Below are positions 25,470 to 38,600 of a stretch of 64,000 nucleotides of DNA, one piece after another. This stretch comes from TPA_inf: Saccharomyces (lineage: Eukaryota), in contig BK006936.2 of NCBI GenBank assembly GCA_000146045.2, positions 192,001 to 256,000 on the forward strand, read 5' to 3'. Both the position numbers and the translations under genes were made by a program. The notes beneath the pieces are model-generated. The model searched no databases. It was not told where the DNA came from and was given only the letters and a program-made list of their open reading frames with translations. Within the stretch, counting starts at the first letter, position 1. Each line of letters opens with the position of its first letter.

Positions 25470-28400
25470 ATGAAAGTGAAGAAATCAACTAGATCAAAAG
25501 TTTCGACAGCATGTGTCAATTGCAGAAAAAGGAAAATCAAATGCACAGGTAAATATCCATGTACCAACTGCATTTCTTACGATTGTACGTGTGTATTCCT
25601 AAAAAAACATTTACCGCAGAAGGAGGATAGTTCCCAGTCTTTGCCTACTACAGCTGTTGCTCCACCCTCTTCCCACGCCAATGTAGAGGCTTCAGCAGAT
25701 GTACAGCATCTGGACACTGCGATTAAGCTAGATAATCAATATTACTTCAAACTGATGAACGACCTGATACAGACTCCAGTCTCTCCGAGTGCGACGCATG
25801 CTCCTGATACTTCCAATAATCCTACTAATGATAATAATATTCTCTTTAAAGATGATTCCAAATATCAAAATCAACTGGTTACGTATCAAAATATTCTGAC
25901 AAATTTGTACGCTCTGCCGCCTTGTGATGACACTCAGCTCTTGATTGATAAAACGAAGTCGCAGTTGAATAACCTGATTAACAGTTGGAATCCCGAAATA
26001 AACTACCCCAAGCTTTCCAGTTTCTCTCCTCGCCCACAAAGATCGATAGAAACGTATCTTTTAACCAACAAGTATAGAAATAAAATACACATGACGAGGT
26101 TCTCCTTTTGGACAGACCAAATGGTTAAATCACAAAGTCCAGATTCATTTCTAGCCACCACTCCACTAGTAGATGAAGTATTTGGTCTTTTCTCTCCAAT
26201 ACAGGCTTTTTCACTAAGAGGTATAGGATATTTAATTAAAAAAAATATCGAAAACACGGGTTCATCGATGTTAATAGATACAAAGGAAACTATTTATCTA
26301 ATATTAAGATTGTTTGATTTGTGTTATGAACATTTGATCCAAGGTTGCATCTCTATTTCTAATCCATTAGAGAACTATCTTCAAAAAATAAAGCAAACTC
26401 CTACTACGACGGCATCTGCTAGTTTGCCTACTTCCCCAGCACCTTTATCTAACGATTTAGTCATTTCTGTTATTCATCAACTACCTCAGCCATTTATACA
26501 ATCGATTACCGGGTTTACGACTACTCAATTGATAGAAAATTTACATGATTCATTTTCGATGTTTCGAATAGTTACTCAAATGTATGCTCAACATAGGAAG
26601 CGCTTTGCGGAATTTTTAAACCAAGCTTTCTCCTTGCCCCATCAAGAAAAGAGTGTTTTATTCTCGTCATTCTGCTCATCAGAATATCTTCTATCTACTC
26701 TTTGTTACGCATACTACAATGTTACCCTATATCACATGTTGGACATAAACACTTTAGATTACCTAGAGATTTTAGTGTCATTGCTAGAAATCCAAAATGA
26801 AATTGATGAGCGTTTTGGATTTGAAAAAATGCTAGAAGTTGCGGTTACATGCTCCACTAAGATGGGATTGTCTCGTTGGGAGTATTATGTTGGAATAGAC
26901 GAAAATACTGCCGAACGGAGAAGAAAAATATGGTGGAAAATATACAGTCTGGAAAAGCGTTTTTTAACTGATCTTGGTGATTTATCCTTAATAAATGAAC
27001 ATCAAATGAATTGTCTCTTGCCGAAGGATTTCAGGGACATGGGATTCATTAACCATAAAGAATTTTTAACGAAAATTGGTACGTCCTCTTTATCACCGTC
27101 ATCGCCCAAGCTAAAAAACTTGTCATTGTCCAGGCTTATTGAATATGGTGAGTTAGCGATAGCCCAAATTGTTGGAGATTTTTTTTCAGAGACTCTTTAT
27201 AATGAGAAATTCACGTCTTTAGAAGTATCCGTTAAACCCACAATTATCAGACAAAAGTTATTGGAGAAAGTTTTTGAGGACATTGAATCTTTTAGGTTAA
27301 AATTGGCCAAAATAAAGCTTCACACCTCAAGAGTTTTTCAAGTAGCTCACTGCAAATATCCAGAATATCCAAAAAACGATCTAATTGAAGCAGCTAAATT
27401 TGTAAGTTACCATAAAAATACATGGTTCTCCATCTTGGGTGCTGTTAACAATCTTATTGCTAGGCTATCTGAAGATCCAGAGGTGATAACTGAGCAAAGC
27501 ATGAAATATGCGAATGAAATGTTTCAAGAATGGAGGGAAATTAATCAATTCTTAATACAGGTTGATACTGATTTTATTGTTTGGGCATGTTTGGACTTTT
27601 ATGAACTGATATTTTTCGTGATGGCTTCAAAATTTTATGTGGAAGACCCGCACATCACTTTAGAGGATGTTATCAACACTTTGAAAGTTTTTAAGAGAAT
27701 AACTAACATTATTTCTTTTTTTAATAATAATTTGGACGAGAAGGATTATGATTGTCAAACTTTCAGGGAGTTTTCGAGAAGTTCGAGTTTGGTTGCCATA
27801 TCCATAAGAATCATATTTTTAAAATACTGCTATGCCGAACAAATTGATAGAGCCGAATTCATCGAACGTTTGAAAGAAGTTGAACCGGGTCTAAGTGACC
27901 TTTTGCGTGAGTTTTTTGATACCCGCTCTTTTATTTACAGGTACATGTTGAAATCCGTTGAAAAATCAGGCTTTCATTTAATAATTAGAAAAATGTTAGA
28001 AAGCGACTATAAATTTTTGTATAGAGACAAATTGGCCACTGGTAATATTCCAGACCAAGGAAATTCAAGCCAAATTTCTCAGTTGTATGACAGTACTGCT
28101 CCTTCATACAACAATGCTTCTGCCTCAGCAGCAAACTCACCGTTGAAGTTATCGTCTTTGTTGAACTCTGGAGAGGAATCGTACACTCAAGACGCATCAG
28201 AAAATGTTCCATGTAATCTGCGGCATCAAGATCGATCGTTACAACAGACAAAAAGACAACATTCTGCGCCTAGCCAAATAAGCGCTAATGAGAATAATAT
28301 ATACAACTTGGGTACTTTAGAGGAGTTTGTCAGCAGTGGTGACCTGACTGATTTATATCATACTCTGTGGAATGACAATACTTCATATCCCTTCTTATGA
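25470..28400 (+). CDS. PDR3: Zn2Cys6 pleiotropic drug resistance transcription factor Pdr3 (976 aa)
   Basis: Starts [39 protein letters not shown], a Zn(II)2Cys6 cluster. ATG at 25470. The track start at 25461 is a GTG, not ATG. Confidence 0.92.
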
Positions 28401-28889
28401 AAACGCAAAGAAAATAGGGAAGCAGAGCATAACCATAGTAAATGGGACACTTATAACTCAAGAATTTAATTGACCCCCTACTCATACTGAGGAATGTGGC
28501 GTCCTCGTCATTATATGTTCGTAAGCTAATTGGGCGAAACTTTAGTCTGTCCTTTCTGTTCGGTCTTCACATAAGATCAACGATTTCTTCATTAATTTTG
28601 GGCGCGCTGTTCAAAAAGGTCCTGGAATGCAGCTGTTCAGTAGATATTATATGTAATTATAGCCTCAACAATTTTTCTTGGATCGATTGGATGAGCTATT
28701 CACCCATAGAGGCTGGATTTTCCTTAGTTTGAGAATCTGCGACTCCTTCGCGTCTGACATCGGTCACTACGCTTTCTCTATTCTGCTGCCGTTGCGTTAC
28801 TTTGATAAATTCATTTCTTTTTTTTTGTAATACAGAAGAATTTCTGGTAAGTTTTTGGCCTGTGCGTGTTCATAAGGGAAAGACATTGC

Positions 28890-29036
28890 GCATATAGGAA
28901 AATGTTAGAAGTTCAACATCGATAAAATGATATTGTGTAGAAACACCGATTCCCTTTTGTAGATTTCTATATCTTTGGGTATGACTTCTAGTATTATCTG
29001 TATATCTAATATTATAGTCTCTAACAACAGTGGAAT
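28890..29036 (+). repeat. 3'-proximal ~150 bp of an older solo delta LTR, interrupted by the Ty1 insertion
   Basis: catataggaaaatgttagaagttcaacatcgataaaatgatattgtgtagaaacaccgattcccttttgtagatttctatatctttgggtatgacttctagtattatctgtatatctaatattatagtctctaacaacagtggaat parallels the 3' half of the downstream Ty1 LTR. It continues at 34953 after the element. Confidence 0.75.
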
Positions 29037-29329
29037 TGTTGGAATAAAAATCCACTATCGTCTATCAACTAATAGTTATATTATCAATATATTATCATAT
29101 ACGGTGTTAAGATGATGACATAAGTTATGAGAAGCTGTCATCGAAGTTAGAGGAAGCTGAAGTGCAAGGATTGATAATGTAATAGGATAATGAAACATAT
29201 AAAACGGAATGAGGAATAATCGTAATATTAGTATGTAGAAATATAGATTCCATTTTGAGGATTCCTATATCCTTGAGGAGAACTTCTAGTGTATATTCTG
29301 TATACCTAATATTATAGCCTTTATCAACA

Positions 29330-30652
29330 ATGGAATCCCAACAATTATCTCAACATTCCCCGATTTTTCATGGTAGCGCCTGTGCTTCGGTTACTTCTAA
29401 AGAAGTCCAAACAACTCAAGATCCGTTAGACATTTCAGCTTCCAAAACAGAAGAATGTGAGAAGGTTTCCACTCAGGCTAATTCTCAACAGCCAACAACA
29501 CCTCCCTCATCTGCTGTTCCAGAGAACCATCATCATGCCTCTCCTCAAGCTGCTCAAGTACCATTGCCACAAAATGGGCCGTACCCACAGCAGCGCATGA
29601 TGAATACCCAACAAGCCAATATTTCTGGCTGGCCAGTATACGGGCACCCATCCTTGATGCCGTATCCACCTTATCAAATGTCACCTATGTACGCTCCACC
29701 TGGGGCACAATCACAGTTTACACAATATCCACAATATGTTGGAACACATTTGAACACCCCGTCACCTGAGTCAGGTAATTCATTTCCTGATTCATCCTCA
29801 GCAAAGTCTAATATGACATCCACTAATCAACATGTCAGACCACCGCCAATCTTAACCTCACCTAATGACTTTCTAAATTGGGTTAAAATATACATCAAAT
29901 TTTTACAAAATTCGAATCTCGGTGATATTATTCCGACAGCAACAAGAAAAGCCGTACGTCAGATGACTGATGACGAACTCACCTTCTTATGTCACACCTT
30001 TCAACTATTTGCTCCATCTCAATTCTTACCCCCCTGGGTTAAAGACATCTTATCTGTTGATTATACAGATATCATGAAAATTCTTTCCAAAAGCATTAAC
30101 AAAATGCAGTCTGATACTCAAGAGGTAAATGACATTACGACCCTAGCAACTTTGCATTATAATGGAAGTACACCTGCAGATGCATTTGAAGCAGAAGTCA
30201 CAAACATTCTTGACAGACTAAACAACAATGGCATTCCTATCAATAACAAGGTAGCATGCCAATTCATTATGAGAGGTCTATCTGGCGAGTACAAATTTTT
30301 ACCGTACGCACGTCATCGATGTATACATATGACAGTTGCTGATCTGTTTTCAGACATACATTCTATGTATGAAGAACAACAGGAATCAAAACGTAATAAA
30401 TCTACTTATAGGAGAAGTCCGAGTGATGAGAAGAAAGACTCTCGCACCTATACGAATACAACCAAACCCAAATCCATAACTCGGAATTCCCAAAAACCAA
30501 ATAATTCGCAATCAAGAACAGCCAGGGCTCATAACGTATCCACATTTAATAACTCTCCCGGCCCTGATAACGATCTCATAAGAGGATCGACTACTGAACC
30601 GATTCAATTGAAGAATACACACGACCTTCACCTTAGGCCAGGAACTTACTGA
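29330..30652 (+). CDS. TYA: Ty1 TYA (Gag, capsid protein), 440 aa. The start codon lies inside the 5' LTR
   Basis: Starts [34 protein letters not shown]...LHLRPGTY. The Gag N-terminal and central regions differ at many positions from canonical Ty1-H3 Gag as I remember it (see findings). Confidence 0.9.
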   Translation: MESQQLSQHSPIFHGSACASVTSKEVQTTQDPLDISASKTEECEKVSTQANSQQPTTPPSSAVPENHHHASPQAAQVPLPQNGPYPQQRMMNTQQANISGWPVYGHPSLMPYPPYQMSPMYAPPGAQSQFTQYPQYVGTHLNTPSPESGNSFPDSSSAKSNMTSTNQHVRPPPILTSPNDFLNWVKIYIKFLQNSNLGDIIPTATRKAVRQMTDDELTFLCHTFQLFAPSQFLPPWVKDILSVDYTDIMKILSKSINKMQSDTQEVNDITTLATLHYNGSTPADAFEAEVTNILDRLNNNGIPINNKVACQFIMRGLSGEYKFLPYARHRCIHMTVADLFSDIHSMYEEQQESKRNKSTYRRSPSDEKKDSRTYTNTTKPKSITRNSQKPNNSQSRTARAHNVSTFNNSPGPDNDLIRGSTTEPIQLKNTHDLHLRPGTY

Positions 30653-33600
30653 ATCTACGGTAAATCACACTAATCATTCTGATGATGAACTCCCTGGACA
30701 CCTCCTTCTTGATTCAGGAGCATCACGAACCCTTATAAGATCTGCTCATCACATACACTCAGCATCATCTAATCCTGACATAAACGTAGTTGATGCTCAA
30801 AAAAGAAATATACCAATTAACGCTATTGGTGACCTACAATTTCACTTCCAGGACAACACCAAAACATCAATAAAGGTATTGCACACTCCTAACATAGCCT
30901 ATGACTTACTCAGTTTGAATGAATTGGCTGCAGTAGATATCACAGCATGCTTTACCAAAAACGTCTTAGAACGATCTGACGGCACTGTACTTGCACCTAT
31001 CGTAAAATATGGAGACTTTTACTGGGTATCTAAAAAGTACTTGCTTCCATCAAATATCTCCGTACCCACCATCAATAATGTCCATACAAGTGAAAGTACA
31101 CGCAAATATCCTTATCCTTTCATTCATCGAATGCTTGCACATGCCAATGCACAGACAATTCGATACTCACTTAAAAATAACACCATCACGTATTTTAACG
31201 AATCAGATGTCGACTGGTCTAGTGCTATTGACTATCAATGTCCTGATTGTTTAATCGGCAAAAGCACCAAACACAGACATATCAAAGGTTCACGACTAAA
31301 ATACCAAAATTCATACGAACCCTTTCAATACCTACATACTGACATATTTGGTCCAGTTCACAACCTACCAAAAAGTGCACCATCCTATTTCATCTCATTT
31401 ACTGATGAGACAACAAAATTCCGTTGGGTTTATCCATTACACGACCGTCGCGAGGACTCTATCCTCGATGTTTTTACTACGATACTAGCTTTTATTAAAA
31501 ACCAGTTTCAGGCCAGTGTCTTGGTTATACAAATGGACCGTGGTTCTGAGTATACTAACAGAACTCTCCATAAATTCCTTGAAAAAAATGGTATAACTCC
31601 ATGCTATACAACCACAGCGGATTCCCGAGCACATGGAGTCGCTGAACGGCTAAACCGTACCTTATTAGATGACTGCCGTACTCAACTGCAATGTAGTGGT
31701 TTACCGAACCATTTATGGTTCTCTGCAATCGAATTTTCTACTATTGTGAGAAATTCACTAGCTTCACCTAAAAGCAAAAAATCTGCAAGACAACATGCTG
31801 GCTTGGCAGGACTTGATATCAGTACTTTGTTACCTTTCGGTCAACCTGTTATCGTCAATGATCACAACCCTAACTCCAAAATACATCCTCGTGGCATCCC
31901 AGGCTACGCTCTACATCCGTCTCGAAACTCTTATGGATATATCATCTATCTTCCATCCTTAAAGAAGACAGTAGATACAACTAACTATGTTATTCTTCAG
32001 GGCAAGGAATCCAGATTAGATCAATTCAATTACGACGCACTCACTTTCGATGAAGACTTAAACCGTTTAACTGCTTCATATCAATCGTTCATTGCGTCAA
32101 ATGAGATCCAACAATCCAATGATCTTAACATAGAATCAGACCATGACTTTCAATCTGATATTGAACTATATCCTGAGCAACCGAGAAATGTCCTTTCAAA
32201 AGCTGTGAGTCCAACCGATTCCACACCCCCGTCAACTCATACTGAAGATTCGAAACGTGTTTCTAAAACCAATATTCGCGCACCCAGAGAAGTTGACCCC
32301 AACATATCTGAATCTAATATTCTTCCATCTAAGAAGAGATCTAGCACCCCCCAAATTTCCGATATCGAGAGTACCGATTCGGGTGGTATGCATAGATTAG
32401 ATGTTCCTTTACTTGCTCCCATGTCCCAATCTAACACACATGAGTCGTCGTACGCCAGTAAATCTAAAGATTTCAGACACTCAGACTCGTACAGTGACAA
32501 TGAGACTAATCATACAAACGTACCAATATCCAGTACGGGTGGTACCAATAATAAAACTGTTCCGCAGACAAGCGAACAGGAGACTGAGAAAAGGATTATA
32601 CACCGTTCACCTTCGATCGATACTTCCTCATCAGAAAGTAATTCACTACACCACGTCGTTCCTATCAAAACGTCAGATACCTGTCCTAAGGAGAATACAG
32701 AGGAATCTATAATTGCTGATCTTCCACTTCCCGATCTGCCTCCAGAACCTCCTACCGAATTATCAGACTCCTTTAAGGAACTTCCACCGATCAATTCTCG
32801 TCAAACTAATTCCAGTTTGGGTGGTATTGGTGACTCTAATGCCTATACTACTATCAACAGTAAGAAAAGATCATTAGAAGATAATGAAACTGAAATTAAG
32901 GTATCACGAGACACATGGAATACTAAGAATATGCGTAGTTTAGAACCTCCGAGATCGAAGAAACGAATTCACCTGATTGCAGCTGTAAAAGCAGTAAAAT
33001 CAATCAAACCAATACGAACAACCTTACGATACGATGAGGCAATCACCTATAATAAAGATATTAAAGAAAAAGAAAAATATATCGAGGCATACCACAAAGA
33101 AGTCAATCAACTGTTGAAGATGAAAACTTGGGACACTGACAAATATTATGACAGAAAAGAAATAGACCCTAAAAGAGTAATAAATTCAATGTTTATCTTC
33201 AACAGGAAACGTGACGGTACTCATAAAGCTAGATTTGTTGCAAGAGGTGATATTCAGCATCCTGACACTTACGACTCAGGCATGCAATCCAATACCGTAC
33301 ATCACTATGCATTAATGACATCCCTGTCACTTGCATTAGACAATAACTACCATATTACACAATTAGACATATCTTCGGCATATTTGTATGCAGACATCAA
33401 AGAAGAATTATACATAAGACCTCCACCACATTTAGGAATGAATGATAAGTTGATACGTTTGAAGAAATCACTTTATGGATTGAAACAAAGTGGAGCGAAC
33501 TGGTACGAAACTATCAAATCATACCTGATAAAACAATGTGGTATGGAAGAAGTTCGTGGATGGTCATGCGTATTTAAAAACAGTCAAGTGACAATTTGTT

Positions 33601-34598
33601 TATTCGTAGATGATATGGTATTGTTTAGCAAAAATCTAAATTCAAACAAAAGAATTATAGACAAGCTTAAGATGCAATACGACACCAAGATTATAAATCT
33701 AGGCGAAAGTGATGAGGAAATTCAATATGACATTCTTGGCTTGGAAATCAAATACCAAAGAGGTAAATACATGAAATTGGGTATGGAAAACTCATTAACT
33801 GAAAAAATACCCAAACTAAACGTACCTTTGAACCCAAAAGGAAGGAAACTTAGCGCTCCAGGTCAACCAGGTCTATATATAGACCAGCAAGAACTAGAGC
33901 TAGAAGAAGATGATTACAAAATGAAGGTACATGAAATGCAAAAGCTGATAGGTCTAGCATCATATGTTGGATATAAATTTAGATTTGACCTATTATACTA
34001 CATCAACACACTTGCACAACATATACTATTTCCGTCCAAGCAAGTGTTAGATATGACATATGAATTGATACAGTTCATATGGAATACGAGAGATAAGCAA
34101 TTAATATGGCACAAAAGCAAACCTGTTAAGCCAACAAATAAATTAGTTGTTATAAGCGATGCCTCGTATGGTAACCAACCGTATTATAAATCACAAATTG
34201 GCAACATATATTTACTTAATGGAAAAGTAATTGGAGGAAAGTCCACCAAGGCTTCATTAACATGTACTTCAACCACGGAAGCAGAAATACACGCAATAAG
34301 TGAATCTGTCCCATTATTAAATAATCTAAGTTACCTGATACAAGAACTCGACAAGAAACCAATTACCAAAGGATTACTAACCGACAGTAAATCTACAATC
34401 AGTATAATTATATCCAATAATGAAGAGAAATTTAGAAACAGATTTTTTGGTACTAAAGCAATGAGACTGAGAGATGAAGTATCAGGAAATCATCTGCACG
34501 TATGCTATATCGAAACCAAAAAGAATATTGCAGACGTAATGACCAAACCTCTTCCGATAAAAACATTCAAACTATTAACAAACAAATGGATTCATTAG
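30636..34598 (+). CDS. TYB: Ty1 TYB (Pol: protease, integrase, reverse transcriptase/RNase H), expressed as a Gag-Pol fusion by +1 ribosomal frameshift at CTT-AGG-C (30632..30638)
   Basis: The heptamer CTTAGGC lies 12 nt before the TYA stop. The +1 frame is open from there. Motifs present: protease DSGAS, integrase HTDIFGP...DRGSEYT...ERLNRT, RT FVDDM. C-terminus ...[12 protein letters not shown]. The first Met in this frame is at 30879. Confidence 0.9.
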   Translation, partial: GQELTESTVNHTNHSDDELPGHLLLDSGASRTLIRSAHHIHSASSNPDINVVDAQKRNIPINAIGDLQFHFQDNTKTSIKVLHTPNIAYDLLSLNELAAVDITACFTKNVLERSDGTVLAPIVKYGDFYWVSKKYLLPSNISVPTINNVHTSESTRKYPYPFIHRMLAHANAQTIRYSLKNNTITYFNESDVDWSSAIDYQCPDCLIGKSTKHRHIKGSRLKYQNSYEPFQYLHTDIFGPVHNLPKSAPSYFISFTDETTKFRWVYPLHDRREDSILDVFTTILAFIKNQFQASVLVIQMDRGSEYTNRTLHKFLEKNGITPCYTTTADSRAHGVAERLNRTLLDDCRTQLQCSGLPNHLWFSAIEFSTIVRNSLASPKSKKSARQHAGLAGLDISTLLPFGQPVIVNDHNPNSKIHPRGIPGYALHPSRNSYGYIIYLPSLKKTVDTTNYVILQGKESRLDQFNYDALTFDEDLNRLTASYQSFIASNEIQQSNDLNIESDHDFQSDIELYPEQPRNVLSKAVSPTDSTPPSTHTEDSKRVSKTNIRAPREVDPNISESNILPSKKRSSTPQISDIESTDSGGMHRLDVPLLAPMSQSNTHESSYASKSKDFRHSDSYSDNETNHTNVPISSTGGTNNKTVPQTSEQETEKRIIHRSPSIDTSSSESNSLHHVVPIKTSDTCPKENTEESIIADLPLPDLPPEPPTELSDSFKELPPINSRQTNSSLGGIGDSNAYTTINSKKRSLEDNETEIKVSRDTWNTKNMRSLEPPRSKKRIHLIAAVKAVKSIKPIRTTLRYDEAITYNKDIKEKEKYIEAYHKEVNQLLKMKTWDTDKYYDRKEIDPKRVINSMFIFNRKRDGTHKARFVARGDIQHPDTYDSGMQSNTVHHYALMTSLSLALDNNYHITQLDISSAYLYADIKEELYIRPPPHLGMNDKLIRLKKSLYGLKQSGANWYETIKSYLIKQCGMEEVRGWSCVFKNSQVTICLFVDDMVLFSKNLNSNKRIIDKLKMQYDTKIINLGESDEEIQYDILGLEIKYQRGKYMKLGMENSLTEKIPKLNVPLNPKGRKLSAPGQPGLYIDQQELELEEDDYKMKVHEMQKLIGLASYVGYKFRFDLLYYINTLAQHILFPSKQVLDMTYELIQFIWNTRDKQLIWHKSKPVKPTNKLVVISDASYGNQPYYKSQIGNIYLLNGKVIGGKSTKASLTCTSTTEAEIHAISESVPLLNNLSYLIQELDKKPITKGLLTDSKSTISIIISNNEEKFRNRFFGTKAMRLRDEVSGNHLHVCYIETKKNIADVMTKPLPIKTFKLLTNKWIH

Positions 34599-34952
34599 AT
34601 CTATTACATTATGGGTGGTATGTTGGAATAAAAATCCACTATCGTCTATCAACTAATAGTTATATTATCAATATATTATCATATACGGTGTTAAGATGAT
34701 GACATAAGTTATGAGAAGCTGTCATCGAAGTTAGAGGAAGCTGAAGTGCAAGGATTGATAATGTAATAGGATAATGAAACATATAAAACGGAATGAGGAA
34801 TAATCGTAATATTAGTATGTAGAAATATAGATTCCATTTTGAGGATTCCTATATCCTTGAGGAGAACTTCTAGTATATTCTGTATACCTAATATTATAGC
34901 CTTTATCAACAATGGAATCCCAACAATTATCTCAACATTCCCCCATTTCTCA

Positions 34953-34990
34953 GGAATCCCAACAGTTATGACAAAATTTATCAGAATTCC
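34953..34990 (+). repeat. Distal end of the older delta LTR split by the Ty1 insertion
   Basis: ggaatcccaacagttatgacaaaatttatc resembles delta 3' ends (ggaatcccaacaattacatcaaaatcc). Together with 28890..29036 it reconstructs one pre-existing LTR. Confidence 0.55.
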
Positions 34991-35073
34991 CAGTTTCATA
35001 CATGTTTGATATTTATAGATAATTCATAATGACGGTTTATTTATTCTGGTAAGTTATGATATCATGTAAAACG

Positions 35074-35155
35074 AGGCAACTTGGCCGAGTGGTTAAGGCG
35101 AAAGATTAGAAATCTTTTGGGCTTTGCCCGCGCAGGTTCGAGTCCTGCAGTTGTC
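35074..35155 (+). tRNA. tS(AGA): tRNA-Ser, anticodon AGA, 82 nt with a long variable arm
   Basis: GGCAACTTGGCCGAGTGGTTAAGGCGAAAGATTAGAAATCTTTTGGGCTTTGCCCGCGCAGGTTCGAGTCCTGCAGTTGTCG. Anticodon loop TTAGAAA. B-box GGTTCGAGTCC. A T-run follows. Confidence 0.93.
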
Positions 35156-35635
35156 GTTATTTTTTGGACAGTAATAAGAGTACGTAAAGTCAATGGAATA
35201 CGTGGTAAAAGCATCACGTTTATGTTTTATTAAAAGATTGGCATAGAACTTGGCCTTCTTCGTAACGACTTATCACCCGTTAAAAGTATGCTATATGAGT
35301 TATATCGGCTGCAGTGTATTTCTTCCTGGCTCATTTAAAGCTAATGAAATGTACCTCTCGCTTCATTTTCTAAGGTAGTGTTTTGAAGGCGTATGTATGT
35401 AATGTCACCCGGACTTTTGTAAAGAAAAAATTTTGAGTTTATGTCTTTCCGAAAATTTTTACCGATGAGCATTGAAAAGTTGCATTATTAAATTTGGTAG
35501 CGTAAAAACCACCGATTAAACAGGTAGTGTAGGTTGTAAATTAAAGATCATATTCTTTCCTGTTTACATCCAGTTTTACGTTGTTGGCCGTATTGGTATA
35601 TTTCTAGTATCAGTTACACATATTTCATTGAAAGT

Positions 35636-38600
35636 ATGGCTAAACAAAGACAAACTACTAAATCGTCTAAGCGATATAGATATTCTTCCTTCAAGGCTAG
35701 GATTGACGATTTGAAGATTGAACCGGCTAGAAATTTGGAAAAAAGGGTACATGATTATGTCGAGTCGTCGCATTTTCTCGCTTCCTTTGATCAGTGGAAA
35801 GAAATTAATTTAAGTGCCAAATTTACGGAGTTTGCAGCGGAAATTGAGCATGATGTTCAAACATTACCCCAAATACTATATCATGATAAAAAGATTTTTA
35901 ATTCTTTGGTTTCATTCATTAACTTTCACGATGAGTTTTCTTTGCAACCGCTTCTGGACCTCTTGGCTCAATTTTGTCATGATTTAGGTCCAGATTTTCT
36001 TAAATTTTATGAAGAAGCTATCAAAACTTTAATAAATCTGTTAGACGCTGCTATAGAATTTGAGTCATCTAATGTTTTTGAGTGGGGTTTCAACTGTTTG
36101 GCTTATATTTTCAAGTATCTCTCGAAATTTTTGGTTAAAAAACTGGTACTCACATGTGATCTTTTAATTCCACTATTGTCTCATTCTAAGGAATATCTTT
36201 CAAGATTTTCAGCAGAAGCATTATCTTTTTTAGTAAGAAAGTGTCCTGTTTCTAACTTGCGCGAGTTTGTTAGATCAGTTTTTGAAAAGTTAGAGGGAGA
36301 TGATGAGCAAACTAACCTCTACGAAGGGCTTCTGATATTATTCACAGAATCCATGACGTCAACGCAAGAAACTCTGCATTCGAAAGCTAAAGCTATCATG
36401 AGCGTTCTTTTGCATGAAGCTTTGACCAAATCATCCCCGGAAAGATCTGTTTCATTGCTCTCAGATATTTGGATGAACATTAGTAAGTACGCCTCAATCG
36501 AAAGTTTACTTCCAGTCTATGAAGTTATGTATCAGGATTTTAACGATTCTCTCGATGCCACCAATATCGATAGAATATTAAAAGTATTGACAACAATTGT
36601 CTTCTCGGAAAGTGGTAGAAAAATTCCTGATTGGAATAAAATTACTATCCTAATTGAAAGAATAATGAGTCAAAGTGAAAATTGTGCTTCGCTTTCACAG
36701 GATAAAGTGGCTTTCCTATTTGCTTTATTTATTCGTAACAGTGACGTGAAAACTTTAACATTATTCCACCAAAAACTTTTTAACTACGCTTTAACAAATA
36801 TATCTGACTGTTTCCTTGAATTCTTTCAATTTGCTTTAAGGCTAAGCTATGAAAGAGTATTTTCATTCAATGGATTAAAATTCCTACAGTTATTTTTAAA
36901 GAAAAATTGGCAATCACAAGGAAAAAAAATTGCACTTTTTTTTCTAGAAGTAGATGATAAGCCTGAACTGCAGAAAGTACGGGAAGTAAATTTCCCAGAA
37001 GAATTTATTTTATCTATCAGAGATTTTTTTGTCACAGCAGAAATTAATGATTCGAATGACCTTTTCGAAATATATTGGCGAGCTATAATTTTTAAATATT
37101 CGAAATTACAGAATACAGAAATTATTATCCCATTGCTTGAACGTATCTTTTCAACTTTTGCATCACCAGATAATTTTACGAAAGATATGGTCGGTACACT
37201 CTTAAAAATATATCGTAAAGAAGACGACGCTTCAGGGAATAATCTATTAAAGACTATTCTGGATAATTACGAAAACTATAAAGAAAGTTTAAACTTTTTA
37301 AGAGGATGGAACAAGTTAGTGAGTAATCTTCATCCTTCAGAAAGCTTAAAAGGACTAATGTCACACTATCCAAGTCTACTCCTTAGCTTGACAGATAATT
37401 TTATGTTGCCTGATGGGAAGATTCGTTATGAAACTTTAGAATTAATGAAGACATTAATGATTTTGCAGGGTATGCAAGTACCTGACCTCCTTTCTTCATG
37501 TATGGTTATCGAGGAAATACCTCTTACACTACAAAATGCCAGAGATTTAACCATTAGAATCAAGAATGTTGGTGCCGAATTCGGAAAAACCAAAACAGAC
37601 AAGCTAGTATCCTCTTTCTTTCTCAAATACTTATTTGGCCTTCTTACCGTTAGATTCTCTCCAGTTTGGACTGGTGTTTTTGACACTCTTCCTAATGTTT
37701 ACACAAAAGATGAAGCCCTCGTTTGGAAACTTGTGCTATCATTCATTAAACTTCCTGATGAAAATCAAAATTTGGATTACTACCAGCCTCTTCTTGAAGA
37801 TGGTGCAAACAAAGTTCTGTGGGATTCGAGTGTAGTGAGGTTAAGGGACACTATTGATACGTTCTCACATATTTGGTCAAAGTATTCTACTCAAAATACG
37901 AGCATTATATCTACTACTATTGAAAGAAGGGGGAACACCACCTACCCAATTTTAATTAGAAATCAGGCTCTAAAAGTTATGCTATCGATTCCTCAAGTTG
38001 CTGAAAATCACTTCGTCGACATCGCACCTTTTGTTTATAATGACTTCAAGACTTACAAAGATGAAGAGGATATGGAAAATGAACGTGTTATTACTGGTTC
38101 ATGGACAGAAGTTGATAGAAACGTGTTTTTAAAGACTTTAAGCAAGTTCAAAAATATAAAGAATGTTTATAGTGCAACAGAATTGCACGATCATCTGATG
38201 GTACTGTTGGGTAGCCGTAATACAGACGTTCAGAAGCTTGCGTTGGACGCACTTCTTGCATACAAAAATCCAACGTTGAATAAATATAGAGATAATTTGA
38301 AAAATCTACTAGATGACACCTTATTCAAGGACGAGATTACGACTTTTTTAACCGAAAATGGGTCGCAGTCTATCAAGGCTGAGGACGAAAAGGTAGTCAT
38401 GCCTTATGTCCTTAGAATTTTCTTCGGTCGAGCACAAGTCCCCCCAACTAGTGGACAGAAAAGAAGCCGCAAAATAGCTGTCATTTCAGTTTTGCCAAAT
38501 TTTAAGAAGCCATATATTAATGATTTTTTGAGTTTGGCTAGTGAAAGGCTGGATTATAATTATTTTTTTGGGAACAGCCATCAAATAAATAGCTCAAAGG

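Larger units (their letters stand above)
29037..34952 (+). mobile_element. Full-length Ty1-family LTR retrotransposon (~5.9 kb), apparently intact. It has 5' LTR 29037..29370, PBS TGGTAGCGCC at 29371..29380, PPT GGGTGGTA at 34613..34620, 3' LTR 34621..34952, and a 5-bp target-site duplication GGAAT (29032..29036 and 34953..34957)
   Basis: Near-identical ~333-bp LTRs with TGTTGG...TCTCA termini. The tRNAi-Met primer binding site lies immediately 3' of the 5' LTR. Open TYA and TYB frames. Flanking GGAAT direct repeats. Confidence 0.95.
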
